Shown: positions 63,998 to 64,000 of the stretch, one piece after another
Position numbering within the stretch: the first letter of the stretch is position 1
How the letters are laid out: each line of letters starts with the position of its first letter
From: Squalus acanthias
Taxonomy: Eukaryota
Reading direction: 5' to 3'
Assembly: GCA_030390025.1 (NCBI GenBank)
Contig: CM059432.1
Coordinates: 125,428,001 to 125,492,000, forward strand
Length of the DNA stretch: 64,000 nt
Program-made: the position numbers and the translations under genes
The notes under the pieces: model-generated
Database searches by the model: none
The model's input: the letters and a program-made list of their open reading frames with translations, nothing else
Told to the model about the DNA's origin: nothing

Positions 63998-64000
63998 CAG
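63998..64000 (-). CDS. SNX31: Probable 3' end of the preceding SNX31 exon, cut by the window edge
   Basis: Minus strand CTG|GTAAGT, a consensus donor. The last G plus TG of the 61866 exon gives Val, fitting ...S-V-L-K-K-L. Only 3 exonic nt are visible. Confidence 0.5.

Overview
Vertebrate genomic DNA, very probably a cartilaginous fish (inferred from the repeat content: abundant CR1 and L2 LINEs, SacSINE1/Deu-type SINEs, Penelope, and GC-rich Harbinger-like MITEs). The only host gene I can support is on the minus strand: five in-frame coding exons (88, 70, 93, 204 and 99 nt, all GT-AG) of the FERM-like region of sorting nexin 31 (SNX31; SNX17 family), plus a probable donor at the last 3 nt of the window. 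One intron is 48.7 kb and holds a 500-N gap, a ~12.6-kb (GA)n-based array, a four-level nest of retroelements, a young 1.17-kb mini-Gypsy with a Gag/integrase-tail fusion, a tandem duplication with filled and empty insertion sites, and a ~143-bp long inverted repeat. The giant Ser/Leu and Glu/Arg ORFs in the ORF track are repeat artefacts. I found no clearly new protein-coding system; the best leads are the mini-Gypsy, the long inverted repeat and hairpin-bearing MITEs. Family names come from recalled motifs, not database searches, and most repeat boundaries are approximate.
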